Shown piece by piece: positions 15,381-17,429 of a stretch of 17,429 nt of DNA; the stretch's first letter is position 1; each line of letters starts with the position of its first letter. A program made the translations under genes and the position numbers. The DNA comes from Promethearchaeota archaeon (GTDB taxonomy: Archaea; Asgardarchaeota; Thorarchaeia; Thorarchaeales; Thorarchaeaceae): the NCBI GenBank assembly GCA_027031765.1, contig JALVPN010000052.1, positions 1 through 17,429 on the forward strand. Direction: 5' to 3'. Under the pieces are notes generated by a model that saw only the letters and a list, made by a program, of their open reading frames with translations, had not been told where the DNA came from and searched no databases.

Positions 15381-15924
15381 TGGCTGTCCCCCACACCGCG
15401 GGGAGTAGGTCGGACAGCCAGCACCAGTCCCGACGCAGACAGGAAGGCCAGTGCGGGGGGCACAGGCCCGACCAAGAAACATCGTGGCCGGACTACGCAT
15501 GACACCGTGGCACGATGACACCGAGGCATTCCGGCCCGACCAGCCACAGGAGGGGGCTTTGGGGGAGCAACGGATGGCTCCCCCTGCGTACGCATCCGCC
15601 GGGAGTAGCAGGCGTCCGCCAGCCACGGGTGGGAATAACCCACAATATCTGATGTTGTGTGGCCAGCCCATTACTTGGCCAATACCCGTTAGTGCACAGC
15701 CAGACCACACCGGGGCTCACCGCGACCCGCGGGGGCAATACACGTGATGACACGGTGCCACAGGGAGGTAACACGGCTCTACTCCGCCCCCACTGTGGGG
15801 CAGACGAGACAGGGCCGGACCGTGTACTGGCCGACCATAGCACGTGACACATCATGGCACCCGGCCCCACGGCAGGGCACCCGACTGGAAGGGCCGCCAC
15901 TCGGCAATACATTTATGGCGGCCC
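15381..15924. repeat. Cluster of inverted and direct repeats in a long intergenic region
   Basis: Inverted repeats TGGCTGTCC/GGACAGCCA (15381-15420), GGGGGAGC/GCTCCCCC (15561-15584), GGGCCGCCA/TGGCGGCCC (15891-15924) plus smaller hairpins; tandem ATGACACCG(T/A)GGCA at 15499 and 15515; CCGC(G/C)GGGAGTAG at 15396 and 15596. Confidence 0.7.
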
Positions 15925-15964
15925 GGTAATCCCACTTTCCGCAACAATGAAGTGAGGAATACAG

Positions 15965-16732
15965 ATGGCTAGCAGTGCTGAAGACGCCAAGACCGACGTG
16001 GCCGGAGCAGCCAGCGAGGAGTCACAGGCTGCTCAAGGGGTGCGTGCCATAGACCTCATCCGAGCGCGACGGTCGATCCGGGAGTTCACGGGCGAGAAGA
16101 TCCCCGACGAACATATCGAGCTCATCCTTGAGGCGGCCCGACATGCACCGAGCCCGGAGAACATGATGATGATCCGGTTCATTGTCATCCGGGACGACCA
16201 AGAGACAAAGGAGTTCCTTGCAGACATAGCACAGGAGATGGCCGAGACCGCATTTGGTGGCGCACCCTTCGAACTCACCAGCGGGCGCAACTGGTTCATT
16301 AGCGACCCGTACAGAGCAGCGGTGTACGCCAGGATGCGGGATGGGAGGCTGTTCAGGTACCCTGAGAAGAGCGACACCGTGATCATAGTGTGTGCCAGTG
16401 AGGCATGGCACGATGCCGGCTACCTGTATCCAAACGAGATGTTCGGGTCTGTAGTCGCAGGGATGGCAGTGATGAACATGTGGCTGGTGGCCACAGAGCT
16501 CGGCTACGGCTGCGGCTACGAGGCGCTGGTGTGTTCAGACCCGCGACATGCCGAGCTGATCCGCGACCGTCTGGGTATCCCACCGATATGGACACCCCTC
16601 ACTGCATTCTGCATCGGCGTGAGGGAGTCACCACGAGCACTCGGTCCCAGCAGGCCTCCGCTGGAAGGACTGATGTATGAGGAGCGCTGGGGCAACCCGT
16701 ATACGAGGCTCGCGTTCAGGAACAAGGGGTGA
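15965..16732 (+). CDS. Nitroreductase family (FMN-binding) protein
   Basis: RRSIREF, LEAARHAPSPEN, ..MNMWLVATELGYG, LGIP motifs; GTGAGG precedes the ATG. Confidence 0.9.
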   Translation: MASSAEDAKTDVAGAASEESQAAQGVRAIDLIRARRSIREFTGEKIPDEHIELILEAARHAPSPENMMMIRFIVIRDDQETKEFLADIAQEMAETAFGGAPFELTSGRNWFISDPYRAAVYARMRDGRLFRYPEKSDTVIIVCASEAWHDAGYLYPNEMFGSVVAGMAVMNMWLVATELGYGCGYEALVCSDPRHAELIRDRLGIPPIWTPLTAFCIGVRESPRALGPSRPPLEGLMYEERWGNPYTRLAFRNKG

Positions 16733-16737
16733 GGAGC

Positions 16738-16995
16738 ATGGAAGTGGAGTTCGATAAGGAGACAATGGAGAAGCTCGTCGAGCTTGCAACAGAGGCGAAC
16801 CTGAAGCCCGAAGGGCTGGTCGAGGTGGTCATGCACCAGTGGGCCAACAACACTGGCGCGCGCGTATACACTGGACGCTGGTCCAAGGGCGAGAGGGACG
16901 GTGTGAAGGGCCTGCGGTACGTCGTGCAGTGGCCGTTCAAACCGGGCTTCCTTGAGGCCACAGGCGACCTCGTGAAGAAGTGGAGGCTTGAGTGA
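16738..16995 (+). CDS. Small protein with N-terminal ribbon-helix-helix-like domain, ~85 aa
   Basis: MEVEFD-KETMEKLVELATEA-NLK-PEGLVEVVMHQW gives a beta-alpha-alpha pattern; GAGGAG precedes ATG 16738. Confidence 0.65.
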   Translation: MEVEFDKETMEKLVELATEANLKPEGLVEVVMHQWANNTGARVYTGRWSKGERDGVKGLRYVVQWPFKPGFLEATGDLVKKWRLE

Positions 16996-16996
16996 G

Positions 16997-17269
16997 ATGG
17001 CGAAGTACAGGAAACACCCATCTGGTGAGTGGCCGTTCTACCCGACACTGAAGGACGGCGACATCGAAGCGGAGTACTGGACATCGAAGAAGATGATCCA
17101 CCAGTCCTTCATCAACGACCGGAAGGGCCGAGTGGTCATCCTGATGGACGCAGACAAGTACCAAGAGTTCTTGGACGCAGTCAGACGGCGCAAGGGCAAC
17201 ATCTGGGCGTCCTCAGTCAACGCGGCGGCCCAAGAGGCGATTGACGAGTGGATTGCAAAGGAGGACTGA
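16997..17269 (+). CDS. Small protein with C-terminal ribbon-helix-helix-like domain, ~90 aa
   Basis: RVVILMD-ADKYQEFLDAVRRRKG-...SVNAAAQEAIDEWI; ATG lies 1 nt after the upstream TGA. Confidence 0.65.
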   Translation: MAKYRKHPSGEWPFYPTLKDGDIEAEYWTSKKMIHQSFINDRKGRVVILMDADKYQEFLDAVRRRKGNIWASSVNAAAQEAIDEWIAKED

Positions 17270-17272
17270 GAG

Positions 17273-17429
17273 ATGTCACAGCTCCAAGAGTTCTTCAAGT
17301 TCCTACTGGCACAGGTGCGTGAAAAGGAGTCCCTCAAGAAGCGCCTCGCAGAGTGGGTCGGCCCATACCACGGGAAGATCCTCCAGGTCTACACCGACGA
17401 TGTACTGGGGGCCGTCCTCGGTGTAGACC
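17273..17429 (+). CDS. 5' part of a CDS cut by the window edge; possibly SCP2 sterol-binding-like
   Basis: MSQLQEFFKFLLAQVREKESLKKRLAEWVGPYHGKILQVYTDDVLGAVLGVD...; ATG 3 nt after the previous stop. The SCP2 guess rests only on a helix-helix-strand layout and is weak. Confidence 0.55.
   Translation, partial: MSQLQEFFKFLLAQVREKESLKKRLAEWVGPYHGKILQVYTDDVLGAVLGVD

Noticed and set aside
15499-15530. Tandem 16-bp repeat as a mini-CRISPR
   Set aside because: Two adjacent short units, no spacers and no cas genes.
15440-15580. SRP-RNA-like fragments (CAGGCCCG, GGGAGCAACGG) and a possible RNase P RNA
   Set aside because: The pieces are ~90 nt apart without the contiguous helix-8 GGAA loop, and no RNase P GAGGAAAGUCC-type motif was seen on either strand.
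16738-17269. Type II toxin-antitoxin pair
   Set aside because: Neither protein shows PIN, RelE, HEPN or MazF toxin features, and both appear to carry RHH-like domains.

Overview
GC-rich (roughly 60% by eye, not computed), gene-dense archaeal window. It most likely comes from an Asgard archaeon (Thorarchaeia-like); this is inferred from TATA/BRE promoters, GGTGA/GAGG ribosome-binding sites, a longin-domain protein and Asgard-type hypothetical proteins. Housekeeping or metabolic genes: Lrp/AsnC ligand-binding protein, MazG-like pyrophosphatase, tRNA-binding protein, MSMEG_0568-like radical SAM enzyme, GNAT, divergent aldehyde dehydrogenase, RsmB/NOP m5C methyltransferase, PDCD5-like protein, TatD, PAC2-family protein and a nitroreductase. 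A glpA/glpC-like Fe-S locus is heavily decayed. The strongest leads are: (1) a longin + winged-helix protein with the domain order of the eukaryotic GATOR1 subunit NPRL2; (2) a Cys4 + helical-repeat protein with alpha-SNAP-like motifs; (3) two adjacent small proteins with mirrored ribbon-helix-helix layouts and a shared WPFxP motif inside a nitroreductase operon; (4) a ~650 bp hairpin- and repeat-rich non-coding region upstream of that operon; (5) a stand-alone 7TM protein and a coiled-coil/winged-helix protein. No tRNA, rRNA, CRISPR array or mobile element was recognised. All family assignments come from motif recognition by eye, without database searches.
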